Shown one piece after another: positions 25,331 to 40,245 of a stretch of 64,000 bases of DNA. The notes under the pieces were generated by a model. The model did not search any database, was not told where the DNA came from, and saw only the letters and a program-made list of their open reading frames with translations. Origin of the DNA: the human T2T-CHM13v2.0 reference genome, Homo sapiens; NCBI RefSeq assembly GCF_009914755.1, contig NC_060930.1; one strand, given 5' to 3'. The position numbers and the translations under genes were made by a program. The number at the start of each line of letters is the position of its first letter. Position 1 is the first letter of the stretch.

Positions 25331-27570
25331 TCAATAGCTTCTCATTGCCTACAAAAATGCACTCATTTGCTGATTTTTAAATATTATTTATTGAGTACTT
25401 ACTGGGACAAAATATAGCTAAGACTCAGTCCCTGCTTCAAGGAATTCATATTCTAAGGAGGAGGACAGACGTAATTATAATCTAATATGGCACATATAAT
25501 GAGTAAGAGAGATGCAGAGGAAAAAGGGAGAAAATCATTGAGGGTGAAGATAGAGGGAGCTCAGAAATCTTTTTGGAGAAACTAGTGACGAAATGGAACA
25601 TTGAAAGATCAGCAGAAATTAGCCAGGGATTCCCAGCTGAGGGGCTAGCATGAGAAAAAGCAGAGTGGTGAGAAAAACTACCCACAGCCACAGTGCTCTT
25701 TGAACCGGGGACTGGTAAGGATGAATCCCTTCAGGGACAAAGAGACCACCTCCACCCCCCAAAACTTAGCCGTGTATTATCTCTTTTAACATCCCATTCT
25801 GGGAAAGCAGTTCAGAACCCTAAAGGGGTCCCAGCCAGTGTTACTGCCGAGTCCATAATGGAGCAATACTGTCATGGAGCTCTCCAGGGTGCTGAACTGT
25901 GTCCATCTGAATCCCTTTTACTCAGTAGCTTTCTACCTGGGCACCTGCCTAGGACCCTGCTCTTCCTACTTATGCTTGCTGCTCTTGGTTGATGTCATAT
26001 AGTAGAAAGAGCATAGGTTTACCAATCTAAGTGAACCTAACTAGGGGAGAATCAAATAAATGATCAATTATTTTTATAAATTATAAATTGTGGTGGATTC
26101 CTATGAAAGAATATTACACAATGTTTTGGTGGCCTTATAGTTGTTTTTTAAAAGTTTATTTGAAAATTTATATATTTCCTGTGATACCTATACTAAGTAT
26201 ACATTTCTTGGAAAAAATACTATTTAAAATAATAATAAAGAGCTTTGGAATCAAATAGACTGGGATGAGAATTCTTATTCTGCCACTTAATAGTTGTCTG
26301 ACCTTGGGTCAGTTAATTTAAACTCTCTGGCCATTGTTTACTCAACTGCAAAATGACTAGAAAAGAGACAGACCTTCAATAATTCCCCAATGCCTACCAT
26401 GCAGTCCACAGTGGATATTGACCAGCTCAAGTACATGCATCTACTTCTATGTTGCTAAGTAAGGGAGACACTCAGCAAATTCTTGTTTGTTATTACTTAC
26501 CTCACCATTTGGATGTCCAATTTTCTACTACAGCAAAGGCAATTCTGATGTATAATGAGGTGGAAACAAGCCTTTTAGGCACAGACTGACAGTGCCCTTC
26601 CCACCTCCCATTCTTGGGCCCTTCATTAGAAACAGTGCTCTGGAAAAGAACTGACTCTGAATTATAATGCCCATGCCATTTCCACACTTGGCTCCCAGTA
26701 AATTAGCATCTAGACCCTTACCCTCATGGCAAGATACTGTAAGACCATTCCTTGGGTAACTAACCATCTGGAGAATAAATACCTAAAGATATTGGGTGTT
26801 CTCCAAACAAACAGCGCAGCCAGATAACCCTACTTTGAAGCTAAGTTGACAGGCCTCACCCACTTGCTGAGAATTTCCTATTAGTTTTTTTTTTTTTTAG
26901 CTGTCTATTCGTTATCATGAGCATACAGTCAAGTTTTACATATAAGGAAAAGCTCTAATATGGAAGAAAAAACAATTTGGCAGAAACAAAAACTATGCAG
27001 GAAAATTTTATTTCCCAAATAAATTTTATAATCAATATTCATTGAGAAGTAAAAGAAATTCCATGAAACAAGAACAGTATGCTATAAAAAAGGAATACTT
27101 AAGGAGATTACAAAGCTCTTAAAAATTAAAAAAAGATAAAGAAAATGAAAAACCCTGAGAAGGAAGAAATATTGAAGAAATATCACCTCATTTCCATCTC
27201 CCTCCTCATAAAGAGCAAAAATATACAGAAAGAAACTAAAAGGAAACAGATGAAACTGAATAGAAGACCAGTCACGAAGTTTCAATACTGCAATAATAGA
27301 AATTCTAAAAAGAGAGAACAGAGAAAATGGGGAAGGGAAGACCCACTCATGACCTTGTCTACCTATTCCTCCAGGAGAGGCTCTTGTAAACCCTTGGGGA
27401 AGATGAAACCAGATTACCCAGACACTCTGTTCAGCTTATCTCTCTCCTGGGCACCTTTATAAAATAGGCAACACTACCCTTTAATTCTCAGCTAGATTTG
27501 TGCTTCTACTTAATATACATTGTTATGAGATATATACCTAGGTGGTAAAACTATAACGAAAATCAGGATG

Positions 27571-27862
27571 GGGCCAAGTGTGGTGGTTAATGCCTGTAAG
27601 CTGAGGTGGGAGGATTACTTGAGCAGCCCAGGAGTTTGAGACCAGCCTGGGCAATATACTTTATAGAGACCTGATCTCTATAAAATTTTTTTTTAAAGTT
27701 ATCTGGGTGTAGCGCTGTGCAACTGTAGTCCCAGCTACTTGGGAGGCTGAGGTGAGAGGATCGATTGAGCCTGGGAGGTTGAGGCTACAGTGAGCTGCGG
27801 TCATGCCACTGCCCTCTGGGCTGGGCAACGGAGTGAGACCTTGTGTCAACAACAAGAAAAAA
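27571..27862 (+). mobile_element. AluJ (internally deleted) within old L1 sequence
   Basis: Alu motifs, flanked by L1M 3' fragments to about 28095. Confidence 0.8.
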
Positions 27863-30650
27863 TAATCAAGATAAACATGAGCACAAAAATCAAGACAGTG
27901 TTTACCTCTGGGGAGGAAGCTGGAGGTTTTATTTAGAAAGGGGCATTTGGAGGACTTCTAAGGTTAGTGTTCTAAGGTTAGTGTTCACTTTCTTAACTTT
28001 TGTAGTAAATACATAGGTATTAAATGTACTATATTTTAAACTCTACATATATCTCAAATACTCTTTTATACATACGATACACTTCACAATAAAAACTTCC
28101 ATACCAAGAAGACACCAAAACAAAGCTACCTTGTGAAGTAATAAGATTATATGTTCCCATGTACTGTGTAGTCTTTGAACAGAGGGAAATAGGAAAGGGG
28201 GTGCAAGAGCTCTCCCTCTTCTAGAGGCCTAATCAGGGGTGGCAGTAATCACAATAAAATACCCGACCAGCAGCACAATGCTGATTTTCAGACCTGTTTA
28301 ATAGATACATTTTACAGTGGTTAGAATCCTATTGTAATAGCCTGGAGTTCATGAAAAACAGCTCTGCTGAGACCGGCAGTTAAAAACCATCCCCTAAGCT
28401 GTTAGTGAGAGGGTAGGTGGCTGTGTATTCTTTCTTTGCCCACTCTGATCCATTCTCTGCCCTTTCCACCTTGCTCTCTGCCCCAGGGGCTGACTTCTAT
28501 GCACATCACCCACGGTCCTCTGTTCCTTGACTATCTGGGTTTTGCCAGTGGGAGGCACTGGCAGGAAATCAGAGGGGAGAAGGAAAGAGAAGTGAAGGGT
28601 ATTTCCTCCCCTCTGCCTCATCATCCCTTGTTGTTTCTCTTAACCCCATACAGCCCCCCAAAAATAGTCCCTTATTACATTATTTTCAGTTAAATCCTTT
28701 TCATTATGTCTTTCGTATCTTGCCAGGACCCTGGCTGCTACATTATTTTAGTAGTTATATGTCCCTGCCCAGTGATCCTTTTTTATGTTAATGTGGATTT
28801 TGAGGTCCAAACTAGTCTTTAGAATTCCAAATAAGTAGCTCTACTGGGGTGGCATTGCAGGCAGTATTCCAGAGACGTTCCCATGTGTGCTCTCAAATCA
28901 GACTGTGCAGTTGTGTTGTCTCCACAAGCAGCCTTGTCCAAGGGAAGATATGCATCTAAAAGCATCTCCCTCCAATGGGTGTCTGCAGCGCTAGCTTTTT
29001 CTGGAAAGGGTACACATTGGTTTAATACTTGATGAATTATACTGCTAGCTAAGGATGGAAAGGTCTGGGAGGATTTGCCTCTGGCTTGTGGAATTTGAAT
29101 TCTGTCCCTGTCTCCACCCAGGCACTGGCAGGGATGCACAGTTCTCACCAGCATCCTTGCTGGTTTCTTTAAGAGATGACCTTTTCGTTTCCTATCATGG
29201 AATGAGTCGTCACTCATTCCACTCTTAGCATCTCTCATCATCTTCCTGTGGCCCTTCCCTTCTGAAGATCAAAGCTCATCTCAGGAGAAACTCCAGAGGG
29301 AAAAATAGCCAACAGAACCTCAGGCCCAGGCAGGAAAAGCAAGTAAACAAGTGATTGACGCACTTTGTACACAGGCTCTGAGGGAGGGGGGTGAGTGTGA
29401 GGAGGGGAAGTTGAGGAAGCTGTCCAGGATGGGGGCGGAGTCCCGGAGGGCTTGGGTAACAGCTCATTGTTCCTCAGGGCTCCTAGGGAATAAGGTAGGG
29501 CTCCAGCAAAACAAATGTGCCAGGAGGACAGGCTATTTGTGTTGATAAACACAAAAAGAGGGAAGTGACTAGATGGAGGGAGGGTGCGTTTGAATGGAAT
29601 GTGCCTGATTCTGGGAATCTGTATACTTGGCTCCTAGGGGACATGGGAGGAAGAGGGAGAAGGCACTGGGACAAAAGGAGACAGCATTGAGTACCGTTAA
29701 ACATGCAGGACTGAGAGGTGGGCAGAGCTGGGTTCAAATCCTGGGCCCTCGCTTTCCTAGCTATGTAACTTGGACCTATTGTTTGATTTCTCCGGGCCTC
29801 GGTTTCATTATCTGTGAAATGGGAATGGTTCTTTCTCACCCTTAGGTTTCCTTGAAGACTTAGTAAGACAATGTACTTTAGGTGTCTGACACATGGAAAT
29901 TTCCCCCCAAAAAAGTTTATTGTTGTTAGAAAGATGTTGTATCAGCGAGGGAGGAAGCGGTGTGCTGTGGGGAGGCAGCACTGCATTGTCAAGTTCCTGG
30001 GTTGAGTGAAGGCTCTGCCCCTAGCCATTGTGGGCGCCTGAGCAGGTACTCATCTCATCTCAGCTCATCTCCGGAGCTGAGGGTGCCTCCCGGGAATGAC
30101 GGTGCTGAACAAGCGGATCTCCAGGGTTCATTCTAGTGCCTAAAGCCTGGGTTCTAAAGAACTATAACCAAAGCATGACTAGGAAATTCTCTGATTTAAA
30201 ACAAAAATAATGCAGACACAGCCAAGTGAGGTTTGTGCCCATTAGAGAAGTCTCTTTGGAAATTTTACTCTTATGATAGTGGTGCTGCCGTTTCTCCAAA
30301 CATATTCAGAATGGTTTAGAATTATCTGCAGAGCCAGTTCTGGGACCACATAAGACAATCATCTCATCGCTTTAGAGGAAACAAATGTCTTCTTTCTTTT
30401 TGTTTATTTTTATTTTTTATTTTTATCCAAAAAAAGGCTCTCATTCCCTTAAGGCAAGTTAGATTCCAGTTTCAGTTTTGTGAACTACTGGAGGATTGTA
30501 ACTTCATCTCTTTTATCCTTAATTTCTACCTATAGAAATTGGGAATAATAATATCCACCTCAGAGCGTGGACACAGATAAGACAAGGACGCAGAAAGCAG
30601 TACCAAGCAAGATGCTGGGCTCAGGGTAGGTGGTAAAACACATGCATATG

Positions 30651-30987
<337 letters not shown>

Positions 30988-32136
30988 TTATCCTTTCATT
31001 CCTTCCACATCCCAATTACCTATTTTACCACTTTATCTGCAGAATAAATTCACAGCCCACTAAACTATCAGGCTCCAAATAATTTTCATTCATTTTGAAA
31101 AATCAAATATACTTTCAGAGGAAAAGATTTGCCACCATGAAGGATATTCAAAGGGATGTGCCCAGACTCTAAAGATATCTATTTACACCATTTATATGTG
31201 TGTGTGTGTTTGTGTACAGTTGGTATTTAGTAAAATCCGTAGCCCCTCTGAATCCCGCAGACAGATCCACAGCCGGTGCTGTGATGCTGAGCCAAGATTC
31301 AGGATGATGGACAGGGGCAGGGAAAGATTGAGGACCAGGATTCACTTTGGAGCCAGCCAGACCTGGCCCCCAGGCTCAGGGAAACCCACTTTGGCTGGGT
31401 GACCTCCATCAGTCACATCATCCTTTGAAGTCTCAGTTTATTCATCAGGAAAATGAGGACAATAACATAAGTCTCATAAAGTTATGAGGATCGTTAAGTG
31501 TTAACTTCATAAACAAGCAAAGAAGAGGCACCAGTGGCTGGGAACGTTAATTCTAATTAAGGCATAAGGCATCAACATGCTTGCATGATATCTCGTGTAG
31601 CAGGAAAAGATGGAGTCAGAGGAAAAGGCAGATATGCAGGCTTAACTCTGTCCCAGCACACCTTCTAGAAAGAAAACAGCTGTCTCCTGTAATGTCCAGC
31701 TCCCCTGCCCTTCCTAGGTGGAAGGGTGGTGTTTTGTTCTCTCCCGAGGAAACCATTTCTCAGTCTCTCACCTGGTGTAGTCCATTGGGCCCTGAAGCTA
31801 CCAGGCCAGTTTCAGTCAGTGTTTATGAAATGCCTTTGCCGGAGGCTACCTGATTGGCTTATCAGCCCTGGCCCTGGTAGCATTTCCGTACAATGAGCAG
31901 TGACATTTACAGCTTCAAGAAGTGCAAGGGAAACATTTTTCTTGCAGACTCCTCTTTCTCTCTCTAATGAAGCGGTCATTATAATCTTTCAGAGATGGTG
32001 CTCAAAAATGTACCCTAGCTTCCCACAGGAGAAACACTGTAAATGTCAGACACCCGATCACACTGTCTGTCTGGAGTGCATAAAACCAGCTGCTTGAACG
32101 CTGGAAAACAAAAGTCATGTTTCTTCTTGTTCTGCA

Positions 32137-32980
32137 GCCAAGCCTGGCTTCCGCGCATGTGACCTGTGCGGTCGCGCGGAGTCCTTCACTCAGAAGCCTC
32201 TGTTCTTGGTTTAATAATCTGCATCTAAAACTGGCACTGTACCATATAAAAATGAATCATAAACTTTAGGCTAAGAATTTACGCTTCTTTGTTTTTCTTT
32301 ACATAGTTACTTAATGTATTAGTCTGTTTTCCCACTGCTGATAAAGACATATCCAAGACGGGGTAGTTTATAAAGAAAAAGAGGATGAATGGACTCCCAG
32401 TTCCACGTGGCTAGGCCTCACAATCATGGTGGAAGTCAAAAGGCACGTTTTACATGGCAGCAGGCGAGAGAAGAGAATGAGAGAGCCAAGTGAAAGGGGA
32501 AACCTCTTATGAAACCATCAGATCTCGTGAGACGCATTCATTACCACAAGAAGAGTATGGGGGAACCTCCTCCATGATTCAGTTACCTCCCACCCACCCT
32601 GCCAACAACATGTGGGAATTATGGGGGCTACAATTCAAGATGAGATTTGGGTGGAGAGACAGTCAAACCATATCACTTAGTCTTTACTTAAAATGGGGTC
32701 TCACTAAGTTACCCAGACTGCTCTTGAATGCCTGGGCTCAAGCAGTCCTTCTTCCTCAGCCTCCCGAGTATCTGGGACTACAGGTGTGGACCACCATGCC
32801 TGGCTCCCTCTTTGTACTTTAAATAGCAAATAAAAAGCACCACAAGTTGAGGGATTGCAGAAGAAAGGAGAAAGCTCTTTGTTTTTGTATATGTAACAGC
32901 ACTTTTGTTCTGCTTTTTGAATGAGGAGCGCTGCATTTTCATTTTGCACTGGGCCCCACAAATTATGTAGCCAGCCCTGT
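32137..32980 (+). mobile_element. MER45-like hAT element containing a FLAM (32676-32804, -) and a THE1 LTR
   Basis: Ends ...ctggcttccgcgcatgtgacctgtgcggtcgc and ttttgcactgggccccacaaattatgtagccagccctg. Confidence 0.7.
32315..32675 (+). mobile_element. THE1 solo LTR
   Basis: tgtattagtctgttttcccactgctgataaagacata ... caaaccatatca. Near-TSD cttaa/cttag. Confidence 0.9.
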
Positions 32981-35442
32981 CTGAAGCAGTGTAGAAATAA
33001 CAGCTGTCTTTATCAGAAGGATAGGAAATAAAAATAAACACAAATTATGAGCACTCTGGCATAACTCACCTAATGATAACCCCTCTCATTGAGACCTCCC
33101 TTCTCAGTGTGTGGGCTACTCACTGTCCATGTTTATTCTTAACTGCAGTGAAAACTACCCACTGCTGGACACATGTTTCTCTCCATTTCAGTTGCTTGAT
33201 ATTTGATATTCTGAGATTGAATGTAGAATACTGTTTCAGGAAATTACAATTTCATAAACCCTGTGTGAAAAGAAAAGACTCTTCTTTGTCCCTGGACATC
33301 TCTCAAAGGCCCTGTCTCTCCATCAGTCTCTCTGCCTCCTGGCTCCTTCTCTTCCACCACTGCCAGTTTTCTCACCCACTTCACATTTCCTGGAGATGTT
33401 GGACTGGAGTCACTAGTGGCCCAGAATTCAGACAGGCAACCATGCTCTCCTCTACAATGATAGTGCAGGACAGTAGACAGAAGCAAACATATCTCAGTCA
33501 CATACTCACCCCCACTTAGGTCAAGCCACACTGATGAACCACAGTTTGGCCTGAGTTCAGCTAAGTGGGATTTCCCAAAATGTGCTTTGAGGGATACTAA
33601 GCCCTGAAGATGCCCTATGAGAAATGTGTTCAGCGCTCAAAGGTATTCAAGAAGAACTGCATAATTGCTCCTCTTTTTGAAGACTCACAAAGCACGGTAG
33701 CATCATTAAAGGCTCTGAGAAGTTCTGCAGCAGAAAACAAGCACACAAAACATCCAACCTGTTTCACTTTGATTAACCCAGAATTTCCAAAACTTGTTAT
33801 TTTCCAAACTGGTTTTTATCTGCTTCTTTGGTGTAACACCTTTGAACATGCCCAGAATCAACAGCGTGTTCCAAGCCAGGCTCTGCACTCACACTCTCTA
33901 GATTCACCTCATGGATCCCGGGGGATCCATGCTTGTGCCAGGATCCCGGAGGAAGTCTCTTAATCTCTCCAAACCTCAGTTTTGTCGTTAGTAAAATGGT
34001 ATTAATAATCCTAGTTTATAGGGTTGTTGTGAGGATTAAATAAGATCACATGTGAAACATCCGCAGCAGGCACTTGATGAGGTTGTTATTAAAACGCTAA
34101 GGATGTGTTTCCCTCCCTGCCTGCAGCAGTCATATCCTGTCCGTCTTCATGTTTCCTGGTCCATCTGTCTCTGTTTTCTTAACCTTCAACTTTGGGCTCA
34201 ACTTTGGGTTCATTATGAAGTCAGCACCCACCAGCCCAATAACCTTGTGTCTGTGGTTCTCATCTACCAGTGCTGGGGGCAGTTTTATAAATCACTTTTT
34301 CTTATCCCCATCCTGAAACTGGACTACAGTGGGGAGTGGATCAGAGGAGGTCAAGAAGCTACTTTTTGCTAGCCTATGATGAAAAGTTTATGGTTTGTGT
34401 CCTAATTTGAGAAACGTGGGGTTTTTAAAATGAGACATTCCTTTAAAGTCACCCAAGTGTTTACAGCTATAAATATCGCAATGCAATAAAATCTGGCTGG
34501 GCCCTCTGGCTGGTGAGAGACAGACACCCAGCCCCGAGCTCAACAACATCCAGAGGCAGGACATCATATTCATGGAAGATTCTGGTTAGTGGGACTCTGT
34601 TCTATGATAAGATTTTAAATCAATGCAAGAGCACCAATGCAGTTAATGCAATGTTCTGTGCCAGGCTGGCTATTGCTGATTCTTTCTCTGCTTCTTAGGT
34701 CATCACGACAGCTCTAATCACAGGGCCTTGTCTCTCTCTGATGGGCCTGATAAGGAGGATCCAGGGAACCTTCCTGAACCTACTGGGTAAATGCAGAGAG
34801 GAGAGCATCATGAAGCCACTTTTTAGTGAGGTCTTTTGTAGAAGTAGGAGTCAGGGCACAAAGCAGAAACCACTCTGTCAAGCCCCAGTCAGACTTAATC
34901 CAAGCAATCAGATGTCAGGGGCCACCCCGAGGCTAATGGTTCAAGATCACATTTCCACAGCTGCAGGTCAGAGGTCAGGAACTGCTGTTGCTGCCCCTGC
35001 TGCTGTCACCATGGTTGTTGTGAGCCCATGAAGCTGGTGACCAACAACTGGAACTTGGTGTCTGGCTACTGCAACCACATCTGCCCCTTCTTGTTAACTT
35101 CTTCCTTCTAAAATTGCCTGAATGTATCTCAGCCTAAATCTCTCTAGCTCCAAGGGAGTCTAAAAAAGTAATTTAGAACCTTCCAGCCCTTGTAAGACAG
35201 GGGATGGGGGTACATGGAAGGGCATGGGCTGGATTCCAGAAGACTGTCTTAGGCATCTCTTCTAGACAAAACAAGAGTAGCTTGAATTTATTGCCTTCAA
35301 TTTGCCAGATGCTGTGTTAGATGGTTTACATATTTATCCAATTTGATTTTCACCGCAGCCCTCTGAGGAAGGTATAATAATAACCCACTCTTACAGATGA
35401 GAAAACTGAGGTTCAGTGACACTGAATAAATGACTCAAAGCC

Positions 35443-35996
35443 TGTGATGGTGAATTTTGTGTGTCAACTAGGTGATAGTGGCCAGTCATTTGGTCAGACA
35501 CCAGTCTAGATGTTGCTATGAAGGTATTTTTTAGATATGATTAACATTTAAATCAATAGATTTTGAGTAAAGCTGATTACTCTCCATAGTGAGTGGGCCT
35601 AATCCAATCACATGAAAACTTTTGAAGACATCCCCTGAGTGAAAAGGAATTCAATCTCCAGACCGCCTTCGAACTCAAGATTGCAGCATAAACTGCTGGG
35701 ACCTGTTGGCCTATCCAGCAGATTTTTGTTTTTGTTTTTGTTTAGAGATGGGGTCTTGCCATGTTGCCCAGGCTGGTCTTGAACTCTTGGGCTCAGGCAA
35801 TTCTCCTGCCTCAGCCTCTCAAAGTGCTGGGATTACGAGTGTGAACCACTGGCCTCGCCCAGCAGGTTTTGAACTTACCAGCCCCCAAAATTATGTGGGC
35901 CAATTCCTTAAAAGAGTGCACTCTCTCCCTCTCTCTCTCTGTCTCATATATATGTATATCTCCTGTTGGTTCTGTTTCTCTGGAGAGTCCTAATAT
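35443..35996 (+). mobile_element. MLT2 (ERVL) LTR with an inserted FLAM (35723-35858, -)
   Basis: tgtgatggtgaattttgtgtgtcaact ... ttggttctgtttctctggagag..ctaata. Confidence 0.8.
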
Positions 35997-36675
35997 GAAG
36001 TCCAACAAGAAGTAGTAAATGGTATAGGTGAATTTCAAATTCAGGCTTGTCCAATTCAAAAGCCCATACTCCTAGAAGAGAGACTTCAGACAGTCTCATC
36101 TTCCTAGACTTTCAACAGCTCTTTCAGTGCTTGGGGAGCTCCACACTCAGTGCAGGAAAGGTGGACCATGTATTTGGGGACATCCCAGGTGAAAAGAAAG
36201 CAATGGTCCACCTAACTATTGTAAACCCAGGTTACGAGGGGATTGCTGAATTTGTTCAAAAGTCATTCTTCAAACATTAATTGAGCACCTCTGAGGGGTC
36301 AGAGACTGTGTCAGGCTTAATACAGATGTAAAAAATACATTCAGAGCAACAATAGCAATTGTATTGCTCCTGACTTCCAGTTTGCAGATGATGGCCTCAA
36401 GTTAATATTTTCTTGGAAATCACCTAAAAGCAACAAAGATGTTTCCTGGAAACTCAGGAAACCTAAAAGCAACAAGCAGAACAAGAAACAGAAATTCAAA
36501 TTCTATCTTTATAAAACTGTAAGAAAGCTGAAGCCCTAAATAGGAGGAAGAATGTCAAAAGATGTAGAAACAGAGGAAGAGCCAGGGAGGGAAGAGAAGA
36601 GAGAGTGCAGAGGTTGCAGATCTCAGGGAGCTGGCAAAGCGCACCTATCCCAGGTGTTATGGCACACCTGAAGTT

Positions 36676-36988
36676 CTTTTGTTGTTGTTTGTTTGTTTGT
36701 TTGTTTTTTGAGATGGAGTCTTACTGTGTTGCCCAGGCTGGAGTGCAGTGGCATGATCTCGACTCACTGCAACCTCTGCCTCCCAGGTTGAAGCAATTCT
36801 CCTGCCTCAGCCTCTGACTAGCTGGGGTCACAGCCATGCGCCATCACTCCCAGCTAATTTTTGTATTTTTAGTAGAGACGGGGTTTTGCCATGTTGGCCA
36901 AGCTGATCTCAAACTCCTGACCTCACGTGATCTGCCTGCCTCAGCCTCCCAAAATGCTGCGATTACAGGTGTGAGCCACCACGCCTGC
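36676..36988 (-). mobile_element. AluS
   Basis: Antisense dimer, TSD acacctgaagtt. Confidence 0.92.
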
Positions 36989-37369
36989 CTACACCTGAAG
37001 TTTTAAAACACAAATCTTTTGTTTATAAGAGTGAGAATTGGGTGCTCAGACAGGAATTGGAGGTTCCCTGCATCCAGTTTGGTCCTGGGGAAGAAAGAAG
37101 GGGTGGCATGAAGAATGACACAGGCAAGCCAGGTCTGCAGGAAATAATCAGTGTAGGAGGGGGAGCAAAGAAGCTTTCTTTAGTACCAGGCCATTGGCTG
37201 TCTGTATGAATGATGTGAAGAAAAGTAAAGACTCCTACTGACATCCCTGGGTTATAAGGAAAGTTCCTGCTGGCTTGGAACCTGACTTCCTGCATGAACA
37301 CCTGCAAGTATTTAATCAAGGAAAAACACTCTTCATTTAAAGTTTATTCATCAAAAGTCTATAAAGGTG

Positions 37370-37765
37370 ATTTCTGCTTCTAAACAAGATGGACTAACAG
37401 GGACTGGATTTACCCTCTGCCTGAAAAAACAAAATTAACTAAAAAAGCAAATAAAATAATTAGAAGCAATGATGTTTAAAATATTGGATATCATACAGTG
37501 ACATTCAGTGATCTCTGAGAGATGGGAAATAAACAACATGAGCCCTACAATTGCTCCAGGTTACTGCTCAGAGAGAGTTTTTAAGTCATGGCCCATAGAG
37601 GGGAAAACCTGGATATAGCATGGTGGTCTCTTAGTTCAGCTGGAAGACCTGAAAGGCTAAGAGGGTTAGAGTTTTCAGAAAATAATAACAGAGAGAAGAG
37701 AGCTTCTCTGTCTCTGTCTGTCTCTCTGTCTGTCTCTCCCTGTCTCTGTCTCTCTGTTTCTCTCT

Positions 37766-37857
<92 letters not shown>

Positions 37858-38920
37858 GAGACAGAGAGAGAGTGCTCCCTCCAGAGATCTATAGAGGGCT
37901 GGCTTGAGTCTTCTGCTATGTACTGATCAGTGAATGCACGTGAGGCAATTACCTGAGGCCAGGTGGAACAAGAACTATCTGAAGGATTAGAGGAAAAGTT
38001 CTCACCTAAGATCAGGTACAAGGCAAGGAGGTCTGCTCTCACCACTTCTACTGATACATGCAACAACATGGATGAATCTCATAAAAAATTATACTGGGTA
38101 AAAAAGCCAGACCAAACAGACAGTATGTATTGTATGGTGCCATTTGTAGAAAATTTTAGAAAAATGCCAACTAAAGTGAAAGAAAACAAACCAGTGATGT
38201 ATGGGAATGGAAAAAAGGGTAGGAAGGGATACAGGGAGACATTATAAAGGGTACATGGAAACTTTTTGGGGTGATGAATATGCTCACAATTTGATTGGGG
38301 CAATGGTTTCATGGGTACATGCATATGTTGAAACTGATCTATCAAACTGTACATGTAAACATGTGCAGTTTTTGTATGTAATTACACCTCAATGAAAAAT
38401 ACACAAGAAACAATGAAGAGCAGGACAAGAAAAGCCAATGAAACACAATAAACCAATAAGTGGTGGCTCTGAAGAAAAAAACAGAAATCATGTAACAGAA
38501 CAAATATTTAAGGATACAATTTATCAAAATGTTTCAGAAACCAAGGAGAACATTAATCTAGCTATTGAAAAGGAACAACAGATTCCAGAAGAAATGAACA
38601 AAAGTCCTCATCACTGAGACATATCCTAGCAAAATTACTGTACTTCAGAGATAAAGAGTCTTTGGGTCAGCCAGGCAAAAAGGCTAAGAGAAGTGATTTG
38701 TTAACTTTAGGCTTCTCCAAATTAGCATGCAACCCCAGAAGACAGTGGAACTAATCCTAAAAGCTCCCCAAAGAAAGCAAGTGTGATCTAAAATTTTTAC
38801 ACCTGGCTTTTTATTTTTTAAAAATGTAAAATCAAGCATTTTTGTGTATGCAAGAAATTAGGAAAGATTGTTCTTATAAACCCTTCCTGGAGAAACTATT
38901 AGAGGACCAACTTCAACACT
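37370..38920 (+). mobile_element. Old L1M / HAL1-like fragments
   Basis: L1M 5'-type sequence, an L1 3' end (38050-38400) and an ORF1-like segment (38470-38920). Confidence 0.6.
37705..37872 (+). repeat. Compound microsatellite (TCTG/TC)n-(AC)21-(AG)16
   Basis: Read directly. Confidence 0.95.
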
Positions 38921-39396
38921 AATGATGCTCAAAACAGAAGATAATAACGAATTACACAAGGAACATTGCCCAGTAAAGAAATTGACTGTCCATTGTCAGA
39001 ATGGAAATGCCTGAAGAGGATTTAAATGTTTTGAAAGAGTCTGGTAACTTAATGGTACAGGAGCTAGGAAACACCAGTGTTTCAGAATACAGCCAAGAAA
39101 TAAATGCAGAAAAGCAACCACGTCTGACAGCAGTGGAGATTAAGAATTTCTAAATTGATATACCATGATACTGCTGTCCAGTCTGCCTGAGAAGGTAAGG
39201 TCGGGCTAGATTTTTATAAGATGCCCTGGGAATATGGAATGTTTACCCTTCTTGGGAGTGGGACACTTGCCATTTTCTTCAGGGGAAGACTTTTTCTATA
39301 ATGAGTGGAAATGTCAAGTGATTGAACAATGGATTGCACAGAAATTTAAAATGATCTTGGCAGAATTAAAATAAATCATTTAAAAGTTATCAGATT

Positions 39397-39726
39397 AATT
39401 TTGGGGACAAATAAGAACATTTTAATAGGGCTTGTATTTTAGATTTTGGAATTATTGTTAATTTTCTGAGGTATGAGCATGGTATTATGGTTGTGTAGGA
39501 AAGCATCCTTATATTTCTAGAAGATTTATGTTGAAATATATAGGGGTGGAGTTCCACAAAATGTACGCTTTGCTTCCAAATTTGTCAGCAAAAAAGTGTA
39601 TGTCATACCTAAGGAAAAATAAAATACAGTGAAATGGAAATAATGAGTGAATATTGGTGAGGAGTATATGGGGTATTCATTATACTAATCTTTCAACTTT
39701 TTCTGTAGGTGTGAGTTTCCAAAATA
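39397..39726 (+). mobile_element. Old L1M 3' fragment inserted into the MIA3 retrocopy
   Basis: L1M 3' motifs (atggtattatggttgtgtaggaaa; attggtgaggagtatatgggtattcatt). Degenerate TSD aaaagttat. Confidence 0.7.
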
Positions 39727-39948
39727 AAAAGTTATTCAATTCAGAACAGAATATCAAAGCAGCAAAGATATCTTTTAGAGAAATCAAGACCTAAAATAAA
39801 CATCTTCCTGAGGAAGTATCTGGGCTTAAAGATACAATCAGTTGACTCGAAGAAACAATTCAAACGCACAGAAAGATGTGCTTACAGTTTGGGGAACAGA
39901 ATATCAAGAAGACTGGAAAGCTGAAACTCTATGGAAAGGTTACACATC

Positions 39949-40245
39949 CTTTTTTTGTTTTTCTTTTGAGATGGAGTTTCGCTCTGTCACCCAGGCTGGA
40001 GTGCAATGGCATGATCTGGGCTCACTGCTCTCTGCCTCCCAGGTTCAAGCAATTCTCCTGCTTCAGCCTCCTGAGTAGCTGGGATTACAGGCACCTGCCA
40101 CCAAGCCTGGCTGATTTTTGTATTTTTAGTAGAGATGGGGTTTCACCATGTTGGTCAGGCTGGTCTCAAATTCCTGACCTCATGATCCGCCCACCTCAGA
40201 CTCCCAAAGTGTTGAGATAACAGGTGTGAGCCACCGTGTCCGGCC
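39949..40245 (-). mobile_element. AluS
   Basis: Antisense dimer, TSD aggttacacat. Confidence 0.92.

Noticed and set aside
33910-33949. Palindrome catggatccc-gg-gggatccatg
   Set aside because: Real but short and isolated; probably a local repair scar. The same applies to the hairpin at 46041-46070.
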